Shown in pieces: positions 45,142 to 54,012 of a stretch of DNA of 64,000 nucleotides. The DNA lies in the NCBI GenBank assembly GCA_963797555.1, contig CAWCPV010000003.1, forward strand, positions 480,001 to 544,000, given 5' to 3'. Below the pieces are notes generated by a model. The model saw only the letters and a list, made by a program, of their open reading frames with translations. It was not told where the DNA came from and ran no database searches. Position 1 is the stretch's first letter. Every line of letters starts with the position of its first letter. Position numbers and translations under genes: made by a program. The DNA is from an uncultured Gammaproteobacteria bacterium. Its GTDB lineage: Bacteria; Pseudomonadota; Gammaproteobacteria; CAWCPV01.

Positions 45142-48100
45142 CTACTGCACCAACACCTTCTTGCCCGCGGCGATCAGCTCCAGGCACTGCTCCTTCAGCC
45201 CGCCGAGCGCCTGATCGAGCTGTTCCTCGTTCTCCACGCCGCCGGCGAAATAGCTCGACGCGGAGACTTTCACCACGCGGCTGCCGTCGATGACGCGCAT
45301 CAGTTCCTCGATGGCCTTGTCCCGGCGCACGGGACAGGCGTCGAGGTCGGCGCGGAGCTGCGGTATGGACGGGTTGGTTGCCTTGGCGACGGTGTAGGCG
45401 GCCAGCGGCTCGGCGATACGGTCGCGGTGCTCCTCGCCGACCTGCTGCCAGCCGGGCGTTCCGCGAAGCTGCTGGAGAGCGGTTTCGTATGCCTGGACAC
45501 GTGCATCCAATGCCTGGTCCAGCCGGGCCTGGTAGGCGTCCTCCAGCGCTTTGGTGTGCTGGTCGATGGCCGGAAGCTCGCGATAGAAGGACTCTCGGGC
45601 CATCAGGTCCGCGAGCTTGTCAGCGTGCTCCCGATCGTTGTCGCCGAGGTCCGGCTCGTGTTGCAGGAAGGGCCCGGTGCTGTCGAGTACCTTGCGCGCC
45701 CGGCCGAGGTCGTGAAGCGCGGTTTCCGTCAGGGCGTTGGCGAGCTCCGCGCCGCGTTTGATGGCTTCCTTGAGCTCCTGGTGGCAAGCAGTGAATGCCT
45801 TCAGCGCCTGGCAGTCCCGCTGGCGGCGAAAGCCGACGATGTTGCTCAATGCCGTCTCCAGGATCTCGGCCCCCGGTAGGGCATGCTTGTCGAGCTGGGC
45901 GGCAACAGCGCGCAGGGTCTCCTCGTGCGCCTCCGTGGTCTCGCGGATGGTCTGGGCGATGACATTTTCCTCGTACTCCTGGATTTCTTTGCCGAAGCAG
46001 GTCTTGTAGGCTTCGCCGGCCTCGACGTAGTCCGCGAACTCGCAGTCGGTCGCGCGCGGGCGGAACGAGGCCTGGCGGAACAGGTTGTTGTTGGTGAAGG
46101 TGGTGCGCGCCTCCAGGGAGAGGGCGGACTCGATGACCTGGCCCTTGCTGGTCGCCTCGATCTTGCCGGCGCGCAGCAGCGCGATGACGAGCAGGCGAAC
46201 AACGTCGAAGTCCCAGCCGAAGGGTTCCTTGGCGAATTCGTCGGTCAGATAGCGGCCGCTGGCGACCTCGCCATAGCTGGTGCGGTTCTGATGCGTGCGA
46301 GCACCTCGGCGAGCGACGCCGCTCTCGACGTTGAAGACGGGTTTGCCGCCCTGGTCGCGCACCAGGCCGAGATCGGTGTAGACGGGTGTCAGTCCGCGCA
46401 GGTTCTCGGTGGTCAGAAGAGAATCGAGGTCGTGCTTGTTGACGCGGGCGGCGGCCTCCTCGAAGCGGTCGAAGACCTCTGGCAGGGCCTGAGACAGGAC
46501 CTTCGAGGCAGTCCTCGATACCTCGCTCGCCCCTTCCTCCGGGCTGCGGTCGTTGCCCCGGAAGAAGATGGTGCCGTTCAGCAGGGACTGCTTGATCAGG
46601 CGCCGCAGCTCGTCCTGGTGGCGGCGTTGCCTGAGCTTCTCCTCCGCGACCAGGGCGGTCTCGTCCTTGGTCTGGGCGCCGCGTTCCTTGCGGGACAGGA
46701 TCTCCCTGGAGCGAAAGATCTCGACGGTTTCACGGTCGATCGCATCGCCGAGGGCGGCAACCCAGAAGACGGCCTTGGTCTCCGTCTGGCTGCGCCTGCG
46801 GAGATCCTCGACTTGTTCGTCGTACTCGCTCCCCGCCTCGGCGAGGGTCAGGTGGAAGGGAATGTCCCCGTCGACCGTCAACCGCCCCCCGAGGTAAAGA
46901 CCCGCCTTGAAGAGCTTGACGTCGAGCAGACTGTGGGACGGTTGCGGCTGCCACAGGGCGGTGACGATCTCGGCGTGCAAGCGGCTGGTATCGCCTGGCT
47001 TGGGGGACAGACTGGAGCGCTGGCGTTCCCAGTCGTCTTCCGCGGGGGTGGGAATACGGTAGCCGTCGTCTCCGCGGCGGACCATGAGACCCTTCTCCAA
47101 GGCGTCCAGGGCCTGGCGGACCTCGGCAAGGCGCGAATCGGCATCGACGGCTGGGTGGAGCGCGGCGGCGATGTTCTCGGGCGTGCGGTGAATGCTGCGG
47201 ACGTATTGCAGCAGGCAGATCGCCTTGGCGACGGGCTGGGCGAGCGGGTGGGCGATCTTGGTACCGATGTCGGCGATCTTGCCGCGGATCTCGCTGCCGA
47301 TGTTCCCGGAGACGAGGTCGTAGATCTGATCGACCCGTGCGAGCTTCCCGACGGGCTCGTCGGCCAAGTCCACATCGGGATGGATGAGCAACTGCTGGGC
47401 GAGCTTGATGATGGTGCGGTTCGCGCCGCCGACGTGCCTGCTCGCACCGGCCTGGGTACGCAGGCCGGAGACGATCTGGATGATGAGGTCGATCTGGTAA
47501 GGGAGCAGCGGGTAGAGGTCGATGAAAGACTCGGTCGACAGCTCCGGAAGCTTGATGTCCGCCGTGATGCGGGTGTTGTCGGTCAGCCGCCCGCGGTGCT
47601 GGGTGAACAGCTCGCGGAGCAGCTTCTCCGCCGCAGCGTTCTTGGAGAGCACGCGCTTGCTGGTGACCTCGGAGATGTCCGACGGCTCCAGGTGCACCTG
47701 AAGCGGGAAACGGTCCATCAGACGCGCAAGCTCGACGCGGCGGTCGTCGAGGCCGCCGACCAGCTCCGTGAGCTTCTCCTGGGAGGTGACGACCACCCAC
47801 ATCTTGCCACGGCCGAGGCGCCCGAGGTTCTGCACGACGGCCTGGAGGTCGAGCATCTTCTGCACGTCGCGGGCGACGAACTGGCCGACCTCGTCCACCA
47901 CGAACAGCAGTGTCTTGCCGGGTCGGCGGCGCGACATGAGATTCAGTCCCCGTGCGGCGAGATCGCCGGGGGTGATGTCCGCGCGCTTCATGGCCGACTC
48001 GCGCCAACTGTCCACCGTCGCATAAGTGGCAGGGTCCAGCTCGTGCATCACGCGGCTCGCCTGCTGGACGGCGATGGCGATCTTGCCCTTCTCGAAGTCC

Positions 48101-48675
48101 CAGTCCTTGTCGAAGATCTGCCGATACTTGGCCTTGAAGGCGTCGAGGCGACCTTCCTCCTCCAGCGTGATCTCCAGCTCGGAAAGGTCCAGATCCCGCG
48201 CGTACCCCAGGCTCTGAAGGAAGAGCCGGTACATGATCTCGGTGATGCTCTGATTGCCGGTGCGGATGCCGCGGTCGGTGGAGACGTCGAAGATGACGGC
48301 CTCGGTGGGGATCTGCTCGGCGATGTTGCTCAGCAGGACCTGAATCTTCGGATCATGACAGCGCTGGGCGAGCAGCTCGCCGGCGCCCTGCCCCAGGATG
48401 TCCCGGTTGGCGAGGGCGAGCCCGAGGTACTTGGCGAAGCTGGACTTCCCGGAGCCGAAGAAGCCCGAAACCCAGACGGCGATGCCCTCGTTGGGTTTCC
48501 GCCAAGTGGTTTGGTAGTGGTCGAAGACTTCGCGGAAATGCGTGCGGATCGAGTCGGTGACGACATACTCGGCCAGCTCATCGCGGATGATCTGCTGGTC
48601 GGCTTGGTCGACCTTGATGACTTCCTCGATGCGCCGTTCGATGTCGCTGGCGAAAAGGTCTTTGATTGTGGGCAT
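45142..48675 (-). CDS. brxC: BREX P-loop ATPase BrxC
   Basis: IEEVIKVDQ, EYVVT, WVSGFFGSGKSSF, VDEVGQF, VTSQE, YPLLPYQ. Confidence 0.93.
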   Translation of the reverse strand: MPTIKDLFASDIERRIEEVIKVDQADQQIIRDELAEYVVTDSIRTHFREVFDHYQTTWRKPNEGIAVWVSGFFGSGKSSFAKYLGLALANRDILGQGAGELLAQRCHDPKIQVLLSNIAEQIPTEAVIFDVSTDRGIRTGNQSITEIMYRLFLQSLGYARDLDLSELEITLEEEGRLDAFKAKYRQIFDKDWDFEKGKIAIAVQQASRVMHELDPATYATVDSWRESAMKRADITPGDLAARGLNLMSRRRPGKTLLFVVDEVGQFVARDVQKMLDLQAVVQNLGRLGRGKMWVVVTSQEKLTELVGGLDDRRVELARLMDRFPLQVHLEPSDISEVTSKRVLSKNAAAEKLLRELFTQHRGRLTDNTRITADIKLPELSTESFIDLYPLLPYQIDLIIQIVSGLRTQAGASRHVGGANRTIIKLAQQLLIHPDVDLADEPVGKLARVDQIYDLVSGNIGSEIRGKIADIGTKIAHPLAQPVAKAICLLQYVRSIHRTPENIAAALHPAVDADSRLAEVRQALDALEKGLMVRRGDDGYRIPTPAEDDWERQRSSLSPKPGDTSRLHAEIVTALWQPQPSHSLLDVKLFKAGLYLGGRLTVDGDIPFHLTLAEAGSEYDEQVEDLRRRSQTETKAVFWVAALGDAIDRETVEIFRSREILSRKERGAQTKDETALVAEEKLRQRRHQDELRRLIKQSLLNGTIFFRGNDRSPEEGASEVSRTASKVLSQALPEVFDRFEEAAARVNKHDLDSLLTTENLRGLTPVYTDLGLVRDQGGKPVFNVESGVARRGARTHQNRTSYGEVASGRYLTDEFAKEPFGWDFDVVRLLVIALLRAGKIEATSKGQVIESALSLEARTTFTNNNLFRQASFRPRATDCEFADYVEAGEAYKTCFGKEIQEYEENVIAQTIRETTEAHEETLRAVAAQLDKHALPGAEILETALSNIVGFRRQRDCQALKAFTACHQELKEAIKRGAELANALTETALHDLGRARKVLDSTGPFLQHEPDLGDNDREHADKLADLMARESFYRELPAIDQHTKALEDAYQARLDQALDARVQAYETALQQLRGTPGWQQVGEEHRDRIAEPLAAYTVAKATNPSIPQLRADLDACPVRRDKAIEELMRVIDGSRVVKVSASSYFAGGVENEEQLDQALGGLKEQCLELIAAGKKVLVQ

Positions 48676-48681
48676 CGGTCG

Positions 48682-48930
48682 TCAGTCGTTGGTCGTCGGC
48701 GAGGGGTAACTGGTTCTTGTGTCGTTCGGCGGTAACGAAGAGCGCAGGGCATTGAGCATTCGGGCCACTTCTGCGCAGTCGTTCATGATCGACGAAAGGG
48801 ACAGCGCCGCATCTGGCCCGTCAGACCAAAACGCTCGTCCTGCGGGAAACCTTTCGTCGCTTCGTAGACATGTTCCGCAAGTGTCATCGCTTGGTGCCAA
48901 ACACGCAAGTCTCCGAAACCTGCGCTTATT
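48682..48930 (-). pseudogene. Internally deleted four helix bundle paralog, flanked by heptamer arrays
   Basis: GDLRVWHQAMTLAEHVYEATKGFPQDERFGLTGQMRR joined to IMNDCAEVARMLNALRSS; strong DNA similarity to 34834-35187. Confidence 0.85.
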
Positions 48931-48992
48931 TCTGTTCAGTCTTCGGTCTCCGGCATATTCTCCCGCGGCGACTGACGACTGACGACATCCTC

Positions 48993-49572
48993 TCAAAAAA
49001 TCCTCGGCCGGTAGTTGTGCTCGGCGTCCAGAACGCCCATGAAGCGCAGGCCGGCGGCACCATCGAGATCACCCGGGTAGAACAGGACGGCGGGGACGTG
49101 CACCTTGCCCTTGAGCTGCTCCAGCAACGCGGAGGTGCGGTACATGGGGAAGAGCGCACCCGCGCGCACGATGAATACCACGTCGCGCTGCGGGTCGGCG
49201 TCCTCCGGGATGCGGCGCGCGACCAGCTCGTCCAGGGGTTGGTACTCGCTCAGGATCTGGAAGACGGTCTCGACCGTCGCTTCGAGGCCCACGGATCTTC
49301 TCCGCGTCGACCAGCGCCTCGGGCCCCATGCCTTCCGCCTCCAGAGCCTCGCTGAGGCATTCGGCGAGGGAGATAGTCGTCACCCGTTTGCCCGTCTGCT
49401 CCAGCCGCGTGCGCAGGAGCGCGACTTCCTGGCGGACCGAAAATTCCTCTTCCGGCGGGTAGCGGAAGATGGCGTAGGGCATGTCGTGGTAGGCGCTGAT
49501 CTGCTGCCTGGGGTCCGGCCGCTTCAGCGCCGGTTCGAGCTGCTGAGTGAGGCGTTCCCTCCAATCGGACAT
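48993..49572 (-). CDS. brxB: BrxB (DUF1788), frameshift near 49295
   Basis: IFRYPPEEEF, GALFPMYRTSALL, VLFYPG, HNYRPRIF. Confidence 0.85.
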
Positions 49573-50351
49573 CAGTGCAGGTCTCTGGCGTAATCGGCCG
49601 CCGAGGTCGCGGGCAGCTCGAGCTGGGCGAGACTCCCGGCGACCTCGTAGTGCAGCTTGCGGAACTGGTGCAGGCGCAGGATCTCCCGCTCAACGTCCGC
49701 CGAATCCATCAGGTACATGCGCCAGTTTTCGTCGTCGATGACGCGCCGGGCGTTGGCGTCCCGTTCCATCATGGCGTGGAGCAGATACAGGAAGCTCTCC
49801 TCCGGCAAGTGATAGGAGGCGAACTCCCTCGACTGGATGCCCTTCAGGAGCCCGAAGTCCACGGCGATCCGCAACAGGCCGGAGGCGACGCGCTTCAACG
49901 TGGCGTCGCTCCACTTGCCGGACCACTCGATGCCCTTTTTCTTGGAGAGCGAATGGAGGTAGGGGAAGAGGTCCTCCGCGCGCAGGCGGTAGGCGCCGGA
50001 AGTGAACTGGGGGTAGAGCCAGTTGACGAGGAAATCGCGGACCAGGAACTCGTCGCGGGTCATGTGGTAGAGGAGCAGCGGCTTCCAGACCTCGCGGTCA
50101 CATCCCGACTGGCCGAGCTTCACGAGGGGACGATCGCGGCCCGCGGGGTCGAAGCGGCGGTTGAGCACCCACGCGACATCTCGCGCCCAGTGGGCGCTGG
50201 TCGCGCCAATCGTGTTGTCTTCGCGAACGCGCCTGAGATTCTCCGCCTTGGAGAGCGCATAGTCCCAATCCCGGAACACGGCGTACGTCTCCTCGATCAG
50301 GGAACCTTTGATGATGGTGAAGGAGGAGACGACGCTGGATCGGCCATCCAC
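49572..50351 (-). CDS. brxA: BrxA (DUF1819)
   Basis: WSDATLKRVASGLLRIAVDFGLL; position before brxB. Confidence 0.75.
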   Translation of the reverse strand: MDGRSSVVSSFTIIKGSLIEETYAVFRDWDYALSKAENLRRVREDNTIGATSAHWARDVAWVLNRRFDPAGRDRPLVKLGQSGCDREVWKPLLLYHMTRDEFLVRDFLVNWLYPQFTSGAYRLRAEDLFPYLHSLSKKKGIEWSGKWSDATLKRVASGLLRIAVDFGLLKGIQSREFASYHLPEESFLYLLHAMMERDANARRVIDDENWRMYLMDSADVEREILRLHQFRKLHYEVAGSLAQLELPATSAADYARDLH

Positions 50352-50353
50352 GC

Positions 50354-50941
50354 TCAGTCCTCCAGCCGCGCATAAGGGATCGCCGGGTTGCCCTTCTCAC
50401 CACGGGCAAAGGCGGCCGCCAGCAGCGTAATGATCTCGTCGTTCGGTCGGTGTCTTCCGGGTAAGGGCACCGACCTGCCCTCGGCCGACCGGCGCAGCTT
50501 GCCGACCGCATCGAGGTGAGCTTGGTCGATGAGATTAAGGTCGCTCAGCTCGGTGAGAAGATCCGTGGTTCCCGCCCCGGCCAGCTTCTCGAAGAACGGA
50601 GTCCACTGCTCGCCCTGGTCGAGCCAATCCTGCCAATGGTCCTCGAACTGATCCTCGACCTCCGCGGGGAGGCTCCACAGCGTCATGCACCCAGGCGGAT
50701 CGAAGAGTTCGTGGCAACGGCTGCGGGCGACGGCAAATGCGATTCGAGCCTGGGCGAAGTATTGAGTAGACGGAAAGCCGCGCTTGAGGACGAGAGAGCC
50801 GTGGCGGCCGAGGATACCTTTGGTGTTCCACCAACCCGCCACGTCCATCTCCCCGTGGCGGGCGATGACCAGACGGAGCTTGAGGAGGCGTTCGTGGTCC
50901 ATCGGTCCATCTTCGTTGGTCTGATTTCGCTTGAACATCAT
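50354..50941 (-). CDS. brxE: BrxE-family protein (start may be 50902)
   Basis: LLKLRLVIARHGEMD..GWWNT..LG, RGFP.T, TLWSLP..VED, IPY; first gene of the operon. Confidence 0.7.
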   Translation of the reverse strand: MMFKRNQTNEDGPMDHERLLKLRLVIARHGEMDVAGWWNTKGILGRHGSLVLKRGFPSTQYFAQARIAFAVARSRCHELFDPPGCMTLWSLPAEVEDQFEDHWQDWLDQGEQWTPFFEKLAGAGTTDLLTELSDLNLIDQAHLDAVGKLRRSAEGRSVPLPGRHRPNDEIITLLAAAFARGEKGNPAIPYARLED

Positions 50942-51110
50942 CGGATGCCAGAACGCAACCGATGACCGCAGAAATCATAGTACCAACCGGGACCTTCTGG
51001 CAGGTGGCTCGGACGGGACCGTTCGGCCCCCACCCATTGGGCGCAATTACACAGAAGTTACACGAACCAAAGGATACTTGCAGGTTATTTCCACAAGCCT
51101 TTGTTTATAT

Positions 51111-51149
51111 TGGTGGGCCTGGCAGGATTCGAACCTGCGACCAAGGGAT
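51111..51149 (-). other. 3' half of a tRNA (resembles tRNA-Ile2/Met CAT type); candidate att site or disrupted tRNA
   Basis: Reverse complement ATCCCTTGGTCGCAGGTTCGAATCCTGCCAGGCCCACCA: T-arm, acceptor 3' strand and CCA, with no 5' half. Confidence 0.75.
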
Positions 51150-51152
51150 AAG

Positions 51153-51835
51153 CCTCGTCTCTAGTAATCCAGCGATAGGTATACCCTATCGTTGCAAAAC
51201 CTTTCTGATCATGCCGCTTTCTGCAGGGCCTGCAGGTAATGCAGCAGATCGTGTTGGATGGCTGAATTGGCGCTCATCGACAGGGTCAATCGACCTTGTG
51301 GACGGATCAGGCGACCGGCGCGCTGGATGAGCCGGCAGCGCAGCGTATTGAGACGGGCGAAGTCCCACAATGCGGGCCGTTTCTGCGAGACACGGCGGGA
51401 TAGTGGACGCGCTATCATCTGAAGCTCCCGGCTGAGGTTATGGGCGAGCAGTGTCGAGAGCAGATAGATCGGGTTGCCCACCAGCTCTGCGAACAGGCCC
51501 TCCTGAGCACCGCGGCCGTTGTGGAAGGCCACCACCTCTGCGGCATGCTGGGGCTTGTTGGTGATAATCACCTTGAACTCGTAGCCATACTCGTAAGGGA
51601 TGAAGAGATTAAGCTGCACGGGGCCCTTGTACTGTTTGCGCACCGCCTTGCGGATGAACAGGAAGCGGTGGTATGAGGGCCAGGACTTCGGCTTCCACCG
51701 GTCCTCGAAATAGGCTTGTTCGTCGTCCAGGGGCAACCAGCGTTGGCACGCCTCGATGCGTTCTTTGAGCTGCGTGAAGCGCTCGAAGGGCACGCTCAGT
51801 GTGTACTGCACCTTCTCGCTCTGCAGCAGGCCGAC
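51153..51835 (-). mobile_element. IS1380-family transposase remnant (3' part)
   Basis: FHNGRGAQEGLFAEL, LLAHNLSRELQM, TLRCRLIQRAGRL. Confidence 0.75.
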
Positions 51836-51869
51836 CGGTGTTTTGGCGATTTATTCACAAGCTCTGAGC

Positions 51870-52149
51870 TCACCACCGCGCGGTCATGCTGCAGGAAGTA
51901 TCTCAAGCGCTTGGGGATCGACAACACCCACTGGCGCACCGGCTGGCGGGGGAACACCTCCTCGACCAGATGCGCCGCGGCCTGCACCATGCGCCGGGTA
52001 TTGCAGGAGGGGCACACGCCACGGCCTTTGCAGGAAAAGGCGATCAGGAAGTCGTGGCCGCACTCCGAGCAGCGCGCCCGGGCAAAGCCAGGGGCGAGGA
52101 TCCCACATTCCAGATAGCGCCGGAACTCGCGCTCCACGAAACGAGGCAT
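51870..52149 (-). mobile_element. IS91-family transposase N-terminal zinc-binding remnant
   Basis: YLECGIL..GFARARC..C, FSCKGRGVCPSC, RQWVLSIP. Confidence 0.85.
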
Positions 52150-52400
52150 TGCAGCGCGGGCTGGTCGCGTGTGCGTAAATCTCGGCGATCGAGAGCTTCT
52201 ACGTCTGGAACGGCGCGGTCGAACAAGCGCCCGAATACCGCGTGCTGTTCAAGACCACGCGGGCGCGGTACGCCGCGGTCGAGCAGGCGATCCGTTCCTT
52301 GCACAGCTACGAACTGCCGGCGATCCACGCGGAAGACATCGCGCAGGCCGAGCCGGCTTATGCGGCCTGGGTCGTGGCCAATAGCGGCGCGCCAGAATGA
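52146..52400 (+). pseudogene. cutA: CutA divalent-cation tolerance protein remnant
   Basis: LVACA*ISAIESFYVWNGAVEQAPEYRVLFKT...LHSYELPAI; 5' truncated with an in-frame stop. Confidence 0.8.
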
Positions 52401-53362
52401 TTGCGCTGCGCCTGCGCGGAGGGTGTTAAGCGCTGCGCATCGGCGCTGATCAACCAGCGGGCGATCGCGTCGCCGATCGGCTGGCCGGTGCCGGCTTCGT
52501 AATACACGAAAGCCGGCGACGGGTTGACCTCGAAGCAGACCCAGCGGCCGTCGGGCGTGCGGCGCAGATCGATACCCGCGAGCGCGAGCCGCATGCCGGC
52601 GGCCATGCGCCGGCAGCGCGCGGCGATGTCGAACGGCAGCGCACATTCGGCGAGCTCCACGTCCTCGCCTTGGCGCGCGGCGTAACGGTAGTCGTGCGCG
52701 CGGCTGCGTACCTCGGTCGCGAACACGGTGTCGCCGATCACATGCACGCGCACGTCGGTGCCGGGCACGCACTGCTGGAATTGCGTCGGCACATTGGCAA
52801 CGTCGTCGAGCCGGTGCAGGCGCTCGGGGTCGAGCACGTTCACGATGCTGCGCACGCCGCTGACGCTCTTGTAGATCAATCGGCCGTGGCGCGCGGCGAA
52901 CGCGCGCACTGCCGCGGGATCGGTGGTCACGAGGGTGGCGGGAACGTCGAAGCCGTGGGCACGGATCAGACGTAGCTGATACGGCTTCGAATTGTTTGCC
53001 GCCATCGCAGCCGGCGGGTTGACGATGGGCGCGGTCGTCAGATCGGCCCAGGTGACGAGCGCGCAGTCGACGCGCTCGGCCGCGGCGCGGCGTTCGGCGT
53101 CAGCGATGCCGTCCTGCGCGAGTGCGCGGGCGGTGTCGATCGGGCGCAGATAGGCCGCGCCGATGGTGTCGAAGTCGAGCGCGTCGCGGCCATCGGGTCC
53201 GGAGACCTCAAGCCGGAAACGCGTGCCGTCGACGCGCGCTTCCACTCGGCTGTCGGGCGCGTCGCGTTGGTCGAGCAGCCGATAGTCGGCGCCGAGCGTG
53301 TGCAACCGCGCTTCGATCGCATCGAGCGGACCGTCGCCGGGCATGCCCCAGAGCAGGATCAT
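52358..53362 (-). CDS. RimK-like ATP-grasp ligase
   Basis: NNSKPYQL, VPATLVT, IYKSVSGVRS, QFQQ, DVRVHV, GIDL, FEVNPSPAF. Confidence 0.88.
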   Translation of the reverse strand: MILLWGMPGDGPLDAIEARLHTLGADYRLLDQRDAPDSRVEARVDGTRFRLEVSGPDGRDALDFDTIGAAYLRPIDTARALAQDGIADAERRAAAERVDCALVTWADLTTAPIVNPPAAMAANNSKPYQLRLIRAHGFDVPATLVTTDPAAVRAFAARHGRLIYKSVSGVRSIVNVLDPERLHRLDDVANVPTQFQQCVPGTDVRVHVIGDTVFATEVRSRAHDYRYAARQGEDVELAECALPFDIAARCRRMAAGMRLALAGIDLRRTPDGRWVCFEVNPSPAFVYYEAGTGQPIGDAIARWLISADAQRLTPSAQAQRNHSGAPLLATTQAA

Positions 53363-54009
53363 GCCGTTGCCCCGTCGAACAGCCGGGCGCGCACGAATGC
53401 GCGTGCTGCCTGGGTCTTCAGGTTCGGCTGCAGGCTTACCGCGGCGACCGCATCGCCGGCGAAGCGCAGACCGAGCAGGTCGGCGTCCGCGGCTGCGGCC
53501 AGAAGCTCGCACGCGCGCGCCTGCGCGGCGCTGACCCGGCGATCAACCGCACCGCGGCAAGCCAGTACGGTGCGCGTGATGCGCGCATTGGCGTCGGCCC
53601 ACGCGACGCCGGCGCGCGCGGCTGCGAGCTGCCAATGCAACTGCGACCAGGCCGGGCCGCACAAGGACGTGGGCGTCGGCCGGTTCAGCACCGGGCAGGC
53701 GCGCGCGCTCAACCACGCGACCAGAAACGCGTTGATCTCGGCGGTCGCGTATTCGCGGTCTTCGGCGGCGATCCACGGCAGTTCCTCGGCCGCCACCGCC
53801 GGCCGGCGCACGACGACGGCGCGCAGCGCGTCACTGGGTCGCGGCGCGCCTTCGGCGACGAAGCGGCCGTCGGCATCATCGAGCGGATCGAGCACCCAGC
53901 CCGGCGTGCACAGATCGCGCGCCGATACGAGCACCGCATCGTCTGCGCGCCACGCTTGCACGAGCGCGCGTGCCGCGGTGTCGTAGGCGCTGGCGAGGAT
54001 CGCGATCAA
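53359..54009 (-). CDS. Hypothetical protein, possibly degenerate ATP-grasp partner
   Basis: EDREYATAEINAFL..WL....CPVLNRP resembles a pre-ATP-grasp segment; coupled to both neighbours. Confidence 0.6.
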   Translation of the reverse strand: MIAILASAYDTAARALVQAWRADDAVLVSARDLCTPGWVLDPLDDADGRFVAEGAPRPSDALRAVVVRRPAVAAEELPWIAAEDREYATAEINAFLVAWLSARACPVLNRPTPTSLCGPAWSQLHWQLAAARAGVAWADANARITRTVLACRGAVDRRVSAAQARACELLAAAADADLLGLRFAGDAVAAVSLQPNLKTQAARAFVRARLFDGATA

Positions 54010-54012
54010 GGC

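Noticed and set aside
45883-48735. 950-aa plus-strand ORF and similar long ORFs (35703..38000, 6730..8232, 60805..62472)
   Set aside because: Antisense shadows of real genes in high-GC DNA; no recognisable motifs
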